From contig PGYA01000020.1 in NCBI GenBank assembly GCA_002839435.1, forward strand, positions 8,312-72,311: a stretch of DNA of 64,000 bases, read 5' to 3'. Of this stretch, positions 7,652 to 17,551 are shown one piece after another (position 1 is the stretch's first letter; every line of letters begins with the position of its first letter). The position numbers and the translations under genes are program-made. This DNA comes from Candidatus Riflebacteria bacterium HGW-Riflebacteria-2 (GTDB lineage Bacteria > Muiribacteriota > Ozemobacteria > Ozemobacterales > Ozemobacteraceae). Under the pieces are notes generated by a model that made no database searches, had not been told where the DNA came from, and saw nothing but the letters and a program-made list of their open reading frames with translations.

Positions 7652-9850
7652 ATGCGTCCAAAGTCTGTTGCATTTTTCTATATTGTACTTATATCGACAG
7701 TTATACTGTTCTGGTTGATAGCACATATACAATCGGCAGATTCTACGATTTTTGCAGGCGGTTATCTCCAGGAAGATCCTGACGCCCTATTGTTTGCGCG
7801 CCTCGTTGAACAGTCTATACTGCGTGGCGAAGTCATCACTAAGGATAATTATGGCTGTTATCCTTACGAGATAGACATGGGTTTTGCGCCTTTTTATCTG
7901 AGGTTCCACTTTTATCTTGCCGGCATAATCTATCAGATTTTTCCTGATTTGACTTTGGCCCCGCTTGAGATTCTTGGCTTCATTTCTCTTGTCTTTGCAT
8001 GGCTTCTAGCTCTGATGCTAATGTTTTCAGCCTGGTTTCTGACGAAGGATCTCAGGATTCTGTTTTTTGTTGGTGCTGGCCTGCTGCCTGGTTATTCTAC
8101 TGTGATGACAGCAAGATATATGCAGTTTGATTATGATTTTCTGAACTGCTTTCTAATCTGGTCATTTATACTGGCGTGTACGTTTAAAGTAAAGACTGGG
8201 CGAAGCATCTGGGATATCGTGGGGAGCCTCACCGCGACAATTTTTATTGGAACCTGGACCGGTACACCGCTTTTTTTCTTTATGATTACTCTTTATGGCT
8301 TTAAATTATGGTTGTTTGAAGATGAAGAGGCGTCTTTGTACAATAGTTTTGTATCTTCGAGCATGTTAGTTGGCGGGTTCGTAAATTTGTTTTTTGTTTT
8401 GAAAAGCGACCTGCTCTTTATTTCCATGAATAAATACAGCATCTTTCAGCCACTGTGCGTTATCATGGGAGGTCTGTTTTGCCGCTTTCTTATGGTTATG
8501 GCAGGCAAGATGTCCAAAAGAACCGCTCTTATGATTTTGGTCGGTGGGTTGCTTGTTCTGTTTGCAGCTTTCAATTTTCAGATCAGGGGTGCATTGGGGC
8601 TTTTGCTTAAGAACGATCCGATCCATAAATACATTGGCGAGCTCGCTCCCATACTGCCTTTGAACCGGGCCGCCATTGACAACTCTTTTGTCAATCGTCT
8701 TATGATATATTTCGGGTGGACTATTGTATTGTTTCCTCTATTTTTAATTTTTCCAAATCCGATGAAAAAATATAGAGGCAGTCGTATCGTTCTCGACTGG
8801 CTGGCAATAATGATTTTGCTGGCTTTCTATCAGACACGATTCCTACGGTGGGCGGGAATAGGAGTTGGCCTGTATGTCGGGTTGGTGCTTTTTTATCTAT
8901 GGCAGCTGGCACGTCAGAACATCGAAGATCCCAAATGGAAATTGAGGCTGGCAATAGCTTTTTGTTTAATGCTCACTTTGCAGTCTTTGCAGGATTTCTC
9001 CAGCGTTTCAGCGCAGGGAAATTTCAGCAGCAGGCAGGTAGATGTCTTGAACTGGATCATTAGAAATACACCTGTTACAAGTGGCTACAGCGATCATAGC
9101 AAGCCAGAATACAGTATTTTATCATATTGGGATGAGGGAAATGAGCTATCATTCTACACCAAACGACCTGTGTCCGTAGGCAATTCGCTTTGGGGCTTCA
9201 AAACAATGGTCGATATCTTTGCCTCTGAAACAGAGGAAGAGGCCTTGAGATTTTGCGAAGAGTATGGAGTTCGCTATGTTTTCATCTCCAACGCGCGGGA
9301 TTTTGAGGGAGACATCTGGGCGTATTGGGAGTATATGAAGGGGCAGCCTAAAAGGCCAGATTATGAAATGTTTTCTGGCGATCTCAATGTTTCTGTAGAT
9401 TACGAAAAATGGTTTTATCACTGGTTGCGAGATAACTGGGGCCTCTTCAGAAAGGGAAAATTCACCGCCTCGACAAGATTTCGTGTGGTTTACACCTCTA
9501 ATTTCAAGGATTTTGCACTGCCAGAATATGTTTTATATGAGAAAGTTGCAGGATGCAGAATAGAAATAAGAGCTGATGCCGGAACCAAGGCCCAGATATC
9601 CATTGGTATCATACTGGATGGCCATCAGTTTATTTACAAATCATCCAGAAATATACCGGCAGAGGGAAAGGTTGAATTTACTGTGCCTTACGCTTCATCA
9701 CACTTTGGCGGCAGGGTTAAGACTGAAGATTTCTACAAGATATCTTTCTGGCAGGATGGCAAAAAAATTCTGGCAAAATGTAACGTTTCTGAAAATGCTG
9801 TTACCTCTGGGGAGTTGCTGACGACAAAAGATTTGACGCTGATGCGGTAA
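7652..9850 (+). CDS. STT3/AglB-like oligosaccharyltransferase (GT-C fold), divergent catalytic motifs
   Basis: 732 aa with about 13 TM segments followed by a soluble domain. The first loop has EDPDALLFARLVEQ (DxD-type motif) and a second acidic motif FDYDF. SYWDEGNELSF sits where WWDYG is expected, followed by SETEEEALRFCEEYGVRYVFIS. The C-terminus VLYEKVAGCRIEI...VEFTVPYAS resembles archaeal AglB tails as I recall them. Confidence 0.65.
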   Translation: MRPKSVAFFYIVLISTVILFWLIAHIQSADSTIFAGGYLQEDPDALLFARLVEQSILRGEVITKDNYGCYPYEIDMGFAPFYLRFHFYLAGIIYQIFPDLTLAPLEILGFISLVFAWLLALMLMFSAWFLTKDLRILFFVGAGLLPGYSTVMTARYMQFDYDFLNCFLIWSFILACTFKVKTGRSIWDIVGSLTATIFIGTWTGTPLFFFMITLYGFKLWLFEDEEASLYNSFVSSSMLVGGFVNLFFVLKSDLLFISMNKYSIFQPLCVIMGGLFCRFLMVMAGKMSKRTALMILVGGLLVLFAAFNFQIRGALGLLLKNDPIHKYIGELAPILPLNRAAIDNSFVNRLMIYFGWTIVLFPLFLIFPNPMKKYRGSRIVLDWLAIMILLAFYQTRFLRWAGIGVGLYVGLVLFYLWQLARQNIEDPKWKLRLAIAFCLMLTLQSLQDFSSVSAQGNFSSRQVDVLNWIIRNTPVTSGYSDHSKPEYSILSYWDEGNELSFYTKRPVSVGNSLWGFKTMVDIFASETEEEALRFCEEYGVRYVFISNARDFEGDIWAYWEYMKGQPKRPDYEMFSGDLNVSVDYEKWFYHWLRDNWGLFRKGKFTASTRFRVVYTSNFKDFALPEYVLYEKVAGCRIEIRADAGTKAQISIGIILDGHQFIYKSSRNIPAEGKVEFTVPYASSHFGGRVKTEDFYKISFWQDGKKILAKCNVSENAVTSGELLTTKDLTLMR

Positions 9851-9852
9851 CT

Positions 9853-10233
9853 TTATGCAGAAGCCTGTGGACTGTTTTTTTGTTGCGTTTTATCCAGCTC
9901 ATTTTTCAGCAGGGCAACTTCCTGGGTGAGCAGGCGAATTTTATCGTTTTGCGAAGAAACCACTATGGAAAACTGTATTAGAACCAGAATCAGGGCCATG
10001 ATGAGGATCAGAAACAGCAGTGCTGGCGGATAATAGATTCCAAAAATGCTTGCAAAGTAGTCCAGGCCTTTTTTCCAACAAGAGAATAGTAGAAATACTG
10101 AGCCAAATAGTAGCCAGAGTATCGCGTAGGCTTCTTTGAGCATATTTTTTCTGATAAGCTTTGAAATCAGGAACAAAAAGAAAATACTGCCAATAATCGA
10201 AATAATCTGAATTCTTTCCAAATTCTCAAGCAT
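9853..10233 (-). CDS. DUF2304-like small membrane protein
   Basis: 126 aa with 3-4 TM segments and a C-terminal coiled coil (RLLTQEVALLKNELDK). It overlaps the upstream GT2 gene, which is the usual DUF2304/GT2 pairing. Confidence 0.65.
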   Translation of the reverse strand: MLENLERIQIISIIGSIFFLFLISKLIRKNMLKEAYAILWLLFGSVFLLFSCWKKGLDYFASIFGIYYPPALLFLILIMALILVLIQFSIVVSSQNDKIRLLTQEVALLKNELDKTQQKNSPQASA

Positions 10234-10966
10234 TATTTGTCTGCTCCTTCCTTATTGGCGGGCGCATTGCGATAAACAGCATTGCCAGTGTCACTTTGCA
10301 CATATAATAAACAGACAACGCTGATGAAATGGTAGAGGAACCGGCTTGTCTATCTCTCATCACGGCCGGCACCTCCTTGATTCTGAGATTGTTTTTATGT
10401 GCCAGAATGATTTCTTCGGGTTCTGGATAGTCGAATGACGGATAGTGTGATGACATGAATTTAATCGCTTTACGATTATATGCGCGCAATCCAGATGTGG
10501 GATCAGTGATTTTTTTGCCGGTCAACAGGTGACATATAATTTCAAAAAACTTGATGCCAATGCGGCGCCAGAAGGTAGATTGATAGCCCTGATTGCTGTT
10601 CATGAAACGCGAACCAATTACAATGTCGGCGATGTCATCTTTCAGTGGTTGTATCAGTTCTGCGATGCTGTTGGGATCATGCTGGCCATCGCCATCAAAT
10701 TTGACTGCAATTTCCATGTTCTTATTTTGCGCATACTTTAAACCAGTTTGCACTGCGCCACCAACTCCCAGGTTGACGGGCAGATCAATTACCAAAGCCA
10801 TATTGGTGTTACTGGCTTGTTCCGATGTTGCGTCTTCTGAGCCGTCATTGATAACAAGAATCTTGAAATCCCGATCAATAACTTGTGATAATTCCTGTAA
10901 AGTACCGCCAATACAGCTTTCTTCATTGTAACATGGAACTATCAGCAGCTTTTTACAGATTTGCAT
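10226..10966 (-). CDS. GT2 glycosyltransferase, DPM1-like polyprenol-phosphate sugar synthase
   Basis: 246 aa. Motifs LLIVPCYNEE, VINDGSEDAT and FDGDGQHDP (DxD) match the soluble dolichyl/undecaprenyl-phosphate glycosyltransferase pattern. Confidence 0.85.
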   Translation of the reverse strand: MQICKKLLIVPCYNEESCIGGTLQELSQVIDRDFKILVINDGSEDATSEQASNTNMALVIDLPVNLGVGGAVQTGLKYAQNKNMEIAVKFDGDGQHDPNSIAELIQPLKDDIADIVIGSRFMNSNQGYQSTFWRRIGIKFFEIICHLLTGKKITDPTSGLRAYNRKAIKFMSSHYPSFDYPEPEEIILAHKNNLRIKEVPAVMRDRQAGSSTISSALSVYYMCKVTLAMLFIAMRPPIRKEQTNNA

Positions 10967-11086
10967 GTTTGCGTTTTATCCACATAATCAACCTGTGATA
11001 ATAATGATTTGTTCGATCTTCATAAAAACATTATAATTGAAGTTTTGGATTGAGCGTTAATTTTTTATACATGGTCTGGATCTTAT

Positions 11087-12100
11087 ATGCCAGTTGCCTC
11101 AATAATAATACTTAACTGGAACGGTAAACACCACCTGCCAGATTGCCTGGCCAGTCTGGAGCAACAGACTTATCGAGATTTTGAGTGTGTCTTGGTTGAC
11201 AATGGCTCCAGTGACGGTTCTGGCGACTACATCAGGCAATTTTACCCCTGGGTAAAACTAGTCTGTCTTGACAAAAACTCCGGTTTTGCTGCTGGCAACG
11301 TAATTGCACTATCTTACTGTCTTGGCAGCTATATTATCACTCTCAACAACGATACAATTTTAGAGCCTCAATGGCTGGAGGAAATTGTAAAAGTGGCTGA
11401 CGATAATCCTCTGGCGGGCATGATTGCTTCAAGAATCTGTTCTGCCAAGGATCATGATATCATCGACTCATTGGGAATAAAAATCTGTCTGGATGGCATG
11501 TCGAGAGGGGCGTTTCGAAATCAGAAATATTCCGCACTTAGAGAGATTCCATCGGAAATTCTTTGTCCATCAGCCTGTGCCGGTCTTTACCGGCGCGAAA
11601 TGATAAATCAGGTTGGCTTTTTTGATGAAAGCTTCTTTGCTTACTGTGAAGATACCGATCTTGGATTGCGGTGTCGTCGCGCTGGCTGGAAAGCTTTGCT
11701 TGCAGAAAAAGCAGTGGTTTACCACAAGTATTCAGCCTCATTCGGCGCATTTTCTCCTTTCAAGCTTTACTTAGTAGAAAGGAACCACTTCTGGACTTTG
11801 TTTAAGAACTTTCCGGCGATACTGGTCATACTTTTTCCAGTTCTGACGGCGTTCCGCTATCTGCTTCAGTTTTTATTGCTGCTCAAGAATGATGGTGTGG
11901 GTAGAAATTTTCGAGAGAACAGTTCACAGTGGAGTTGTCTTTTTGCATTCGCAAAAGGCTTGCTGCACGGACTGATTGGCATTTATACTATTTTTTCAGT
12001 TAAATCTGCCAGTAATTTCTGGCCAGATAAGGTGGATTTTGAGTTCATGAAACTACTTCTGGCTCATAAATTGAGTTTTAAAGAACTACTTGGGGAATAG
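11087..12100 (+). CDS. GT2 glycosyltransferase (rhamnosyl/galactosyl-transferase-like)
   Basis: 337 aa. Motifs ASIIILNWNGKHHLPDCLASLEQQTYRDFECVLVDNGSSDGS and FFAYCEDTDLGLR. Confidence 0.85.
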   Translation: MPVASIIILNWNGKHHLPDCLASLEQQTYRDFECVLVDNGSSDGSGDYIRQFYPWVKLVCLDKNSGFAAGNVIALSYCLGSYIITLNNDTILEPQWLEEIVKVADDNPLAGMIASRICSAKDHDIIDSLGIKICLDGMSRGAFRNQKYSALREIPSEILCPSACAGLYRREMINQVGFFDESFFAYCEDTDLGLRCRRAGWKALLAEKAVVYHKYSASFGAFSPFKLYLVERNHFWTLFKNFPAILVILFPVLTAFRYLLQFLLLLKNDGVGRNFRENSSQWSCLFAFAKGLLHGLIGIYTIFSVKSASNFWPDKVDFEFMKLLLAHKLSFKELLGE

Positions 12101-12127
12101 CTGGACAAGGCCTGTTAAAGAGTTTTT

Positions 12128-12745
12128 TTATGCCTGAAAACTCAGTTTGTATGCCGCGTCATTGACCAGCCACCTGCTCATGTATTTGGGAAATGGGTGA
12201 TACATGGCTTTTTGCAGATGCAAAGAGTTTGCAGATGCTAATTTCTTTATCAGATTACAATCAAAATAACAACGGTGGCTGGGATCATTTTTAAATGAAA
12301 TTCCGTCTGGAACTATTATTATTACCTTTCCTCCCGGTTTGAGCGTCGGTAGATATTTTTTGACAAATTCACACGCTTGCTGGAATTCCATGTGCTCAAG
12401 GATATGAGAGAATAACAGGGTGTCAAACCTTTGCAAGCTCTTATCAAAATCTTCATCAAACTCTTGCGATAAAAAGACCTTGAAGCCTCTTCGCCGGGCA
12501 TAAAAAATAAACTCGGGATTGTGGTCAATGCCGGTTGCGTCTGGTAAAAATGAGAGGTATCGTCCAGGCCCACAGCCAACATCGAGTGTTTTTCCCTTGC
12601 ACAGACATCGCGCAAAAAACTTGAACGGTATCTCAACTGGCGACAGAAAACGCCACCATTTGGCATATTTTTGGAGGTAGTAATCTGAATATTCTTTTGA
12701 GGCTGTGTCCATAATGTTGTTCTCAACCATAATCAGATTCAACAC
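12128..12745 (-). CDS. Class I SAM-dependent methyltransferase
   Basis: 205 aa. Motif I is TLDVGCGPGRY, and an acidic loop and FSHILEHM motif follow. The start is uncertain: 12745, 12730 or 12712 are all Met. Confidence 0.8.
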   Translation of the reverse strand: MLNLIMVENNIMDTASKEYSDYYLQKYAKWWRFLSPVEIPFKFFARCLCKGKTLDVGCGPGRYLSFLPDATGIDHNPEFIFYARRRGFKVFLSQEFDEDFDKSLQRFDTLLFSHILEHMEFQQACEFVKKYLPTLKPGGKVIIIVPDGISFKNDPSHRCYFDCNLIKKLASANSLHLQKAMYHPFPKYMSRWLVNDAAYKLSFQA

Positions 12746-14231
12746 TCCTCTCCTGGCTTTTTATCTGTGAGAGCTTTAATAGCTCAGATACTATTGGGGT
12801 TGGTTTGGCTTCGAGATAAATCTGGTAAGAAAATAGTCCCATGTTTATTCCTATAAGCTTTTCATTTATAGCAATAAGTATTTTGCTCAGAGCATTGCTC
12901 CCAATTGCTTTTGGAAAAGGTGCCGGGATGCCCTCAATTTTGGTGATCTCATATCCACATTGTTCAAACATTTTTTTAAAAGTATGAAAGGTAAAAAGTC
13001 GCTTGTGAGTTTTATCCAAAATACCCTGTTTTCCGTAATTAAAATTGTTTAGCAGTAGCTGTAACCTGAGAATGAAAAACCCAATATTGCCGGTTGTTGC
13101 TATGATCTGAGGGCGCTTAAGTCTGGTTTTAGCTCTGACCTCGTCCAAAAATCTTTCTGGGTTTGACAGATGCTCAAGAATATCCAGCATCAATATTGTT
13201 TCAAACTTATCCATGTCTGGTAACTGTTCAGGACTCTCAAGATCCGCTTTAATAAAGTTTATTTTGCCGGACTGGGGAGATGATAACTCATGGCAGTCAA
13301 TGCCATAGGCTTTTATTGATTTTTGTGAAATTAGAGCCTGCAGCATTAAGCCTTGACCGCAGCCCAGATCTAAGACTACGGCGTTGTCTGGTACATTCTT
13401 TATCGCTAGAGAATGAGAAGATGGATAGGGGAGCTTAAGTTCGTAAAAATGATTGCTGTTTCTGTCGAGGTCGTAATTCAGTTGATACGCCAGTGACATG
13501 TTATGCAATCTGAATAAAATGGTAGATTTTACCACATCAAATGCGTATTTAAGACCATTAACGTGGCATATCTCATTGCCGTAGTAGGTCGGTATGGGTA
13601 TTTCCTTGATGACAATTCGAGCTTGTATACATTGAATTATTATCTCAGTGTCGAAATGAAAATCATTGGTATTGCGCTCAAATGGTATTAATTTCAATGC
13701 CCTTGTAGAATAAGCCCGAAATCCAGAGTGAAATTCACTTAGAGACGTTTTAAGAAGCCGGTTTTGCAAAAAAGTTAGAATCTTGTTGCCAACAAATTTG
13801 TATAAAGGCATGCCGCCTTTCAAGGCACCATATCTGGTAAGCATGCGTGAGCCAAATACAACATCCGCCTCTGACTCAATTATTGGTGTCAAAATGTCAT
13901 CAATCATTTCTGGTGGATATTGCCCGTCACCATGTAGTAGCACAACTGAATCAAAGCCGTTATTGATTGCATAACGATACCCCAACTTCTGATTGCCGCC
14001 ATAGCCCTGATTTGAAGGATTGTAAAGAACTGTCAAATTGAGTTGCTTATTTTTCTGTTGAAACTCTTTTGCAATAAGAAAAGTATCATCTATCGAATCA
14101 TCATCTATAACCAGAATTTCGTAATCGTATTTATTTATAGACGCTGGTATTCTAGTGAATACGTCTACTAGAGATGATCTGGCGTTGTACGCAACTATAA
14201 AAATTAGAACTTTATGTTTATTCTTTGCCAT
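12723..14231 (-). CDS. Bifunctional GT2 (DPM1-like) glycosyltransferase / class I methyltransferase fusion
   Basis: N-terminal half: VLIFIVAYNARSS, VIDDDSIDDT, LLHGDGQYPPE. C-terminal half: VLDLGCGQG, MLDILEHL. I prefer the start at 14231 (MAKNKHKVLIF), which matches the paralogue 58326..59861. The track ORF extends to 14267. Confidence 0.85.
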   Translation of the reverse strand: MAKNKHKVLIFIVAYNARSSLVDVFTRIPASINKYDYEILVIDDDSIDDTFLIAKEFQQKNKQLNLTVLYNPSNQGYGGNQKLGYRYAINNGFDSVVLLHGDGQYPPEMIDDILTPIIESEADVVFGSRMLTRYGALKGGMPLYKFVGNKILTFLQNRLLKTSLSEFHSGFRAYSTRALKLIPFERNTNDFHFDTEIIIQCIQARIVIKEIPIPTYYGNEICHVNGLKYAFDVVKSTILFRLHNMSLAYQLNYDLDRNSNHFYELKLPYPSSHSLAIKNVPDNAVVLDLGCGQGLMLQALISQKSIKAYGIDCHELSSPQSGKINFIKADLESPEQLPDMDKFETILMLDILEHLSNPERFLDEVRAKTRLKRPQIIATTGNIGFFILRLQLLLNNFNYGKQGILDKTHKRLFTFHTFKKMFEQCGYEITKIEGIPAPFPKAIGSNALSKILIAINEKLIGINMGLFSYQIYLEAKPTPIVSELLKLSQIKSQERSVESDYG

Positions 14232-15489
14232 TTTGATCCACAATGCCGATAAATTTTTGCCGCTCACTCAAGAAAATCTGGATTGCCCAGAGAAATATAA
14301 ACAGCCACAATAAAAGAGCAAGAAACTCAGGCCACCCATGCCAAACTCCCATTGAATCAGAGTCGGCGTAATGCCATGGTGTCCCCCCACACCAGAATGT
14401 ATAGACCAGGAACAGGAATAAGCCGCCTGTAATGTTTATGAACAACGCCCCTCTCAACCCCAGCAATATGCCGGGTACAACCATCCAGGCGAGATATTGA
14501 ACCCCAAAACCCGGTGTAAATACGAAAAAAAGCATAAATGTCCAGCTAAGAGCAAAGAGAAAGTCATTCCCTTTTTTCTGTTCTAGTTGACGACCTTCTT
14601 GAAAAAAGGTGCTTTCCCTGTTTCCTGAATGATGTAGCGACAGTCTATAAGCAGAAACAACAATGGTCAGAAATATCAATAATTTTCCGACAGGTAGGTA
14701 TTTGGCAACGATTTCAGGGCCAAAATGAAAGCTCAACACCTGGCTTATGCCCCAGATGCCTTGCAAACCTCCATAACTGAAGATATTGCGGTAGACACAC
14801 GCAAAATTGTTAGCCAGATGATAAGCAAAGCCAGCTGCGAAAGCAAACATAAGAATGCCGCAGAATTGCAGTTTTTTCTTGCGGCTTTCAATAAAAAAGA
14901 AAAAAACTGGTATGGTGATTAAAGGGACTATTTTTATATTAATTGCCAGGCCAAGACTGAGTGCGGATAAAGAAAGGGAGTTTCTTAAAAAAAAGTAAGC
15001 AGCGAGTAAAATCAGAAATAGGAATACAGGGTCGGTGTTACCGTGAAAGCCGCTTATAAATATCATTATCGGGCTTAAGGCAAACAGTAGGGCTGAATAA
15101 AATGCTTTTTGTGATTCTTGATAAGTTTTAAGCAGGCGGTAAATCAAAATAAAGCTGCCAATGTCTGCTATAATTGCCGGGAGTCTCATCAAGAAAGGAA
15201 ATCCATTATAGAAATAATGCTGGAGTTTGGCACATAATTCCAGAAATAAGCTCATCAACGGAGGGTGATTGTAATACCAGATATCTCTGTAAATATTAAC
15301 AGAGCCATGCTTGACAATATAGCGCATGAATGTGTGCCAGTAATAAACGTCGTTGGTTCCTATTGTTGTTAGAGCGTAAAAGAGTTTGATCGCGGTGCCG
15401 GCTAACAAGGCTAAACATAGTATGGGCAAATGATTGCGCTCTATTTTCTGCCATATTCTTCTGGTTAGAGATTGTTTAATTTCTGACAT
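14218..15489 (-). CDS. GT-C-type integral membrane glycosyltransferase (DUF2029/GT87-like), paralogue A
   Basis: 423 aa with about 11 TM segments. The conserved loop TIGTNDVYYWHTFMRYIVKHGSVNIYRDIWYYNHPPLMS is shared with 55436..56686. The family assignment is tentative. Confidence 0.6.
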   Translation of the reverse strand: MSEIKQSLTRRIWQKIERNHLPILCLALLAGTAIKLFYALTTIGTNDVYYWHTFMRYIVKHGSVNIYRDIWYYNHPPLMSLFLELCAKLQHYFYNGFPFLMRLPAIIADIGSFILIYRLLKTYQESQKAFYSALLFALSPIMIFISGFHGNTDPVFLFLILLAAYFFLRNSLSLSALSLGLAINIKIVPLITIPVFFFFIESRKKKLQFCGILMFAFAAGFAYHLANNFACVYRNIFSYGGLQGIWGISQVLSFHFGPEIVAKYLPVGKLLIFLTIVVSAYRLSLHHSGNRESTFFQEGRQLEQKKGNDFLFALSWTFMLFFVFTPGFGVQYLAWMVVPGILLGLRGALFINITGGLFLFLVYTFWCGGTPWHYADSDSMGVWHGWPEFLALLLWLFIFLWAIQIFLSERQKFIGIVDQNGKE

Positions 15490-15560
15490 CTGGTTTCTGA
15501 ATTGTTTTGTGGAAGAACCAGGAACTGGCTCCGGTAATGGGAAAGCAGCTATTGTAAGAT

Positions 15561-16964
15561 TTACTCATGGTTGTCTGTGATATCAGCAGATTTTGGAGCC
15601 AGCAAAAAAAATGTGAATATTGCTGCAGGCCAGAGCTGAAGGAATAGGCGATTGCTGGATGAGTTGAGGTGCCATGTCAGTTCGTGAGGTGACGCCATGT
15701 AAGCTATTACATAACCACCTAACATCGTCAGAAGAACAGCAGGAAACAGCCAGTTCTCTGTTGATTTCAGCTTAACACCGGCCCAAAGAAGATAGGCGAA
15801 CATAATCGGGATGGGGTTGAAAAATCCTTTTGACATCTGGTTCCACAGCCCGAAATTTGTAGCGCTGACTACCATGTGTTTTAAAATGATCGATAGTCTT
15901 TCTAAGTCAACCATCTGCGAGAGAATTCCGGGGCTAAGCTCTTTGGTAATGTAGTTCGCAGGTGCTAGTGACAATTTAAAAACAGCAACAGGAATCATCA
16001 TGAGAAGCAATCCGAAGACAAAGCCGCCGACTGAATGAGATGCTGGAGACCTCGTTCTTGTTTTTAAGGCAAGAATTATTACAACCAACAACATGACGAC
16101 AGAGAATAGTAATCCCTCATTTTTAGTCCAGGCAGCAAATCCCGCATTCATGCCGGCAAAAATCATAAGACTGGTGGAAGGCTGTCGCAGATTAATTGCT
16201 ATCAGCAAGAAAGTGGCAAGAAAGAAAAAGGCTAAAGGTAAATCGGCATACTGGCTGGCAGACATTTGGAGAAAATAGGGGGTGCTGGCCAGTGTTGCAG
16301 CTGCCAGGAATGCTGCAATGCCTCCCCGTGTTGCAAAAACGCCATTGAACAACATCAGAAAAACTAGTGCGGAAAAGATAATACTGGTTGCAATTTGAGA
16401 GGTCAGTGTTTCCTGGCGTGCATAGATCCAGCCTCGAACAACCGTGAGGGGGATAAGCAATGGATAGTCCGGGTGAGAAAATGGCATTTTATCTGAGAAG
16501 GCAGTCTTCCAGTTCTCGCCAGCTCGAAAAATAAACCGTGCGCGTACATTCCAGATAGACCAGGCATCCCAGTTGCCATGAGGTGTGTGCAGAGATATCT
16601 GCAGTATGGATAATGTAAGCAGCAAGAACAATGCTCCGAAGAAAAAGTATATTGTCCTTTTGTCGCAGAAATTATCAGATTCTCTCTCTAATTTAGCTTC
16701 AGACAAGGCTTTGACTCGTTTGGGGAGAAAGAAGGCTATGAGGCCTGCTAACAATTCAAAAACAGTATAATATTCGGTATTTCCATCGAAAATAAGCAGC
16801 CAGAAGAAAAGTAAAACACTTGTAATGGCAAGGCCTGAGCCTAATGATAATGCCAGACGCATGAGCTTGAAACTGTTTAATTGAAAGGAATTCAACCGGG
16901 ACGTAATGCTGTTGCCGATTGCCCAGGCAGGTAGCAAGCTGATTAGGGTGTAGAAGATAGTCAT
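15561..16964 (-). CDS. GT-C-type integral membrane protein (ArnT/PMT-like)
   Basis: 467 aa and polytopic. Contains the HGNWDAWSIWNVRARFIF loop. It lies in the operon with other glycosylation genes. Confidence 0.55.
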   Translation of the reverse strand: MTIFYTLISLLPAWAIGNSITSRLNSFQLNSFKLMRLALSLGSGLAITSVLLFFWLLIFDGNTEYYTVFELLAGLIAFFLPKRVKALSEAKLERESDNFCDKRTIYFFFGALFLLLTLSILQISLHTPHGNWDAWSIWNVRARFIFRAGENWKTAFSDKMPFSHPDYPLLIPLTVVRGWIYARQETLTSQIATSIIFSALVFLMLFNGVFATRGGIAAFLAAATLASTPYFLQMSASQYADLPLAFFFLATFLLIAINLRQPSTSLMIFAGMNAGFAAWTKNEGLLFSVVMLLVVIILALKTRTRSPASHSVGGFVFGLLLMMIPVAVFKLSLAPANYITKELSPGILSQMVDLERLSIILKHMVVSATNFGLWNQMSKGFFNPIPIMFAYLLWAGVKLKSTENWLFPAVLLTMLGGYVIAYMASPHELTWHLNSSSNRLFLQLWPAAIFTFFLLAPKSADITDNHE

Positions 16965-17371
16965 TATTGCCTTTTTATAAGGCAGACGCCTTGAGAGAAT
17001 TGCTGAGAAACTATTGCATTATGTTCGTTGCAGAATTCCTGCAGTCGAACCTCTGAAAAAAAGTCTCCGATTAGATATTCCGGCTCTATCGAATCTTCTA
17101 TGATTACAGGGGATAATACATACTGCGCCAGGAGATAATATGCTGCCTTGCCATTGTGAGCAAATACGTCTGATGCATAGCCGATAGGGGTGTTGTTGGG
17201 CAAAACATCTTTGAGAATTTGCATTCTCATTTGATACTTCTGTACCGAACATGGCTCAAATTGCCCGGGCCATCCCATGGGAATGCTGGTTATCATAGTC
17301 CAGAGAGACAAAAGAAAAGCGCTCATTATCGCTGCTTTATGTCTGAAGGTCATTGCGAACTCCAAGTTCAA
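16964..17371 (-). CDS. Hypothetical exported/anchored protein
   Basis: 135 aa with hydrophobic N-terminus AAIMSAFLLSLWTMITSI. Its stop overlaps the next start. No recognisable family. The true start may be Met7. Confidence 0.4.
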   Translation of the reverse strand: MNLEFAMTFRHKAAIMSAFLLSLWTMITSIPMGWPGQFEPCSVQKYQMRMQILKDVLPNNTPIGYASDVFAHNGKAAYYLLAQYVLSPVIIEDSIEPEYLIGDFFSEVRLQEFCNEHNAIVSQQFSQGVCLIKRQ

Positions 17372-17551
17372 GACTAACGCTATTTTTTACGATCATGTGC
17401 TGATTATTTTACTCTTGCGGTCGTAGAAGTCCAGCGACTTTGGTCGGATGAACCATGCTTAACCTCTCGCAAAAACCTTTCCAAACTGCCTTTCCATCTT
17501 ATCTTACGATCTTAACCCATATTCTATTATTTTGTCGAGACACCAGTTCTG

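Noticed and set aside
12322-12726. 134-aa minus-strand ORF nested in the methyltransferase gene.
   Set aside because: It is an alternative frame of a gene with clear SAM-MT motifs in the other frame, so it is spurious.
17344-17371. A third copy of the CGCAATGAC repeat arm at the 5' end of ORF 16964..17371 (...GAGTTCGCAATGACC on the minus strand).
   Set aside because: Only about 10 nt are shared. The 5' arm and the hairpin are absent, and it overlaps a probable start codon. This is most likely coincidence.
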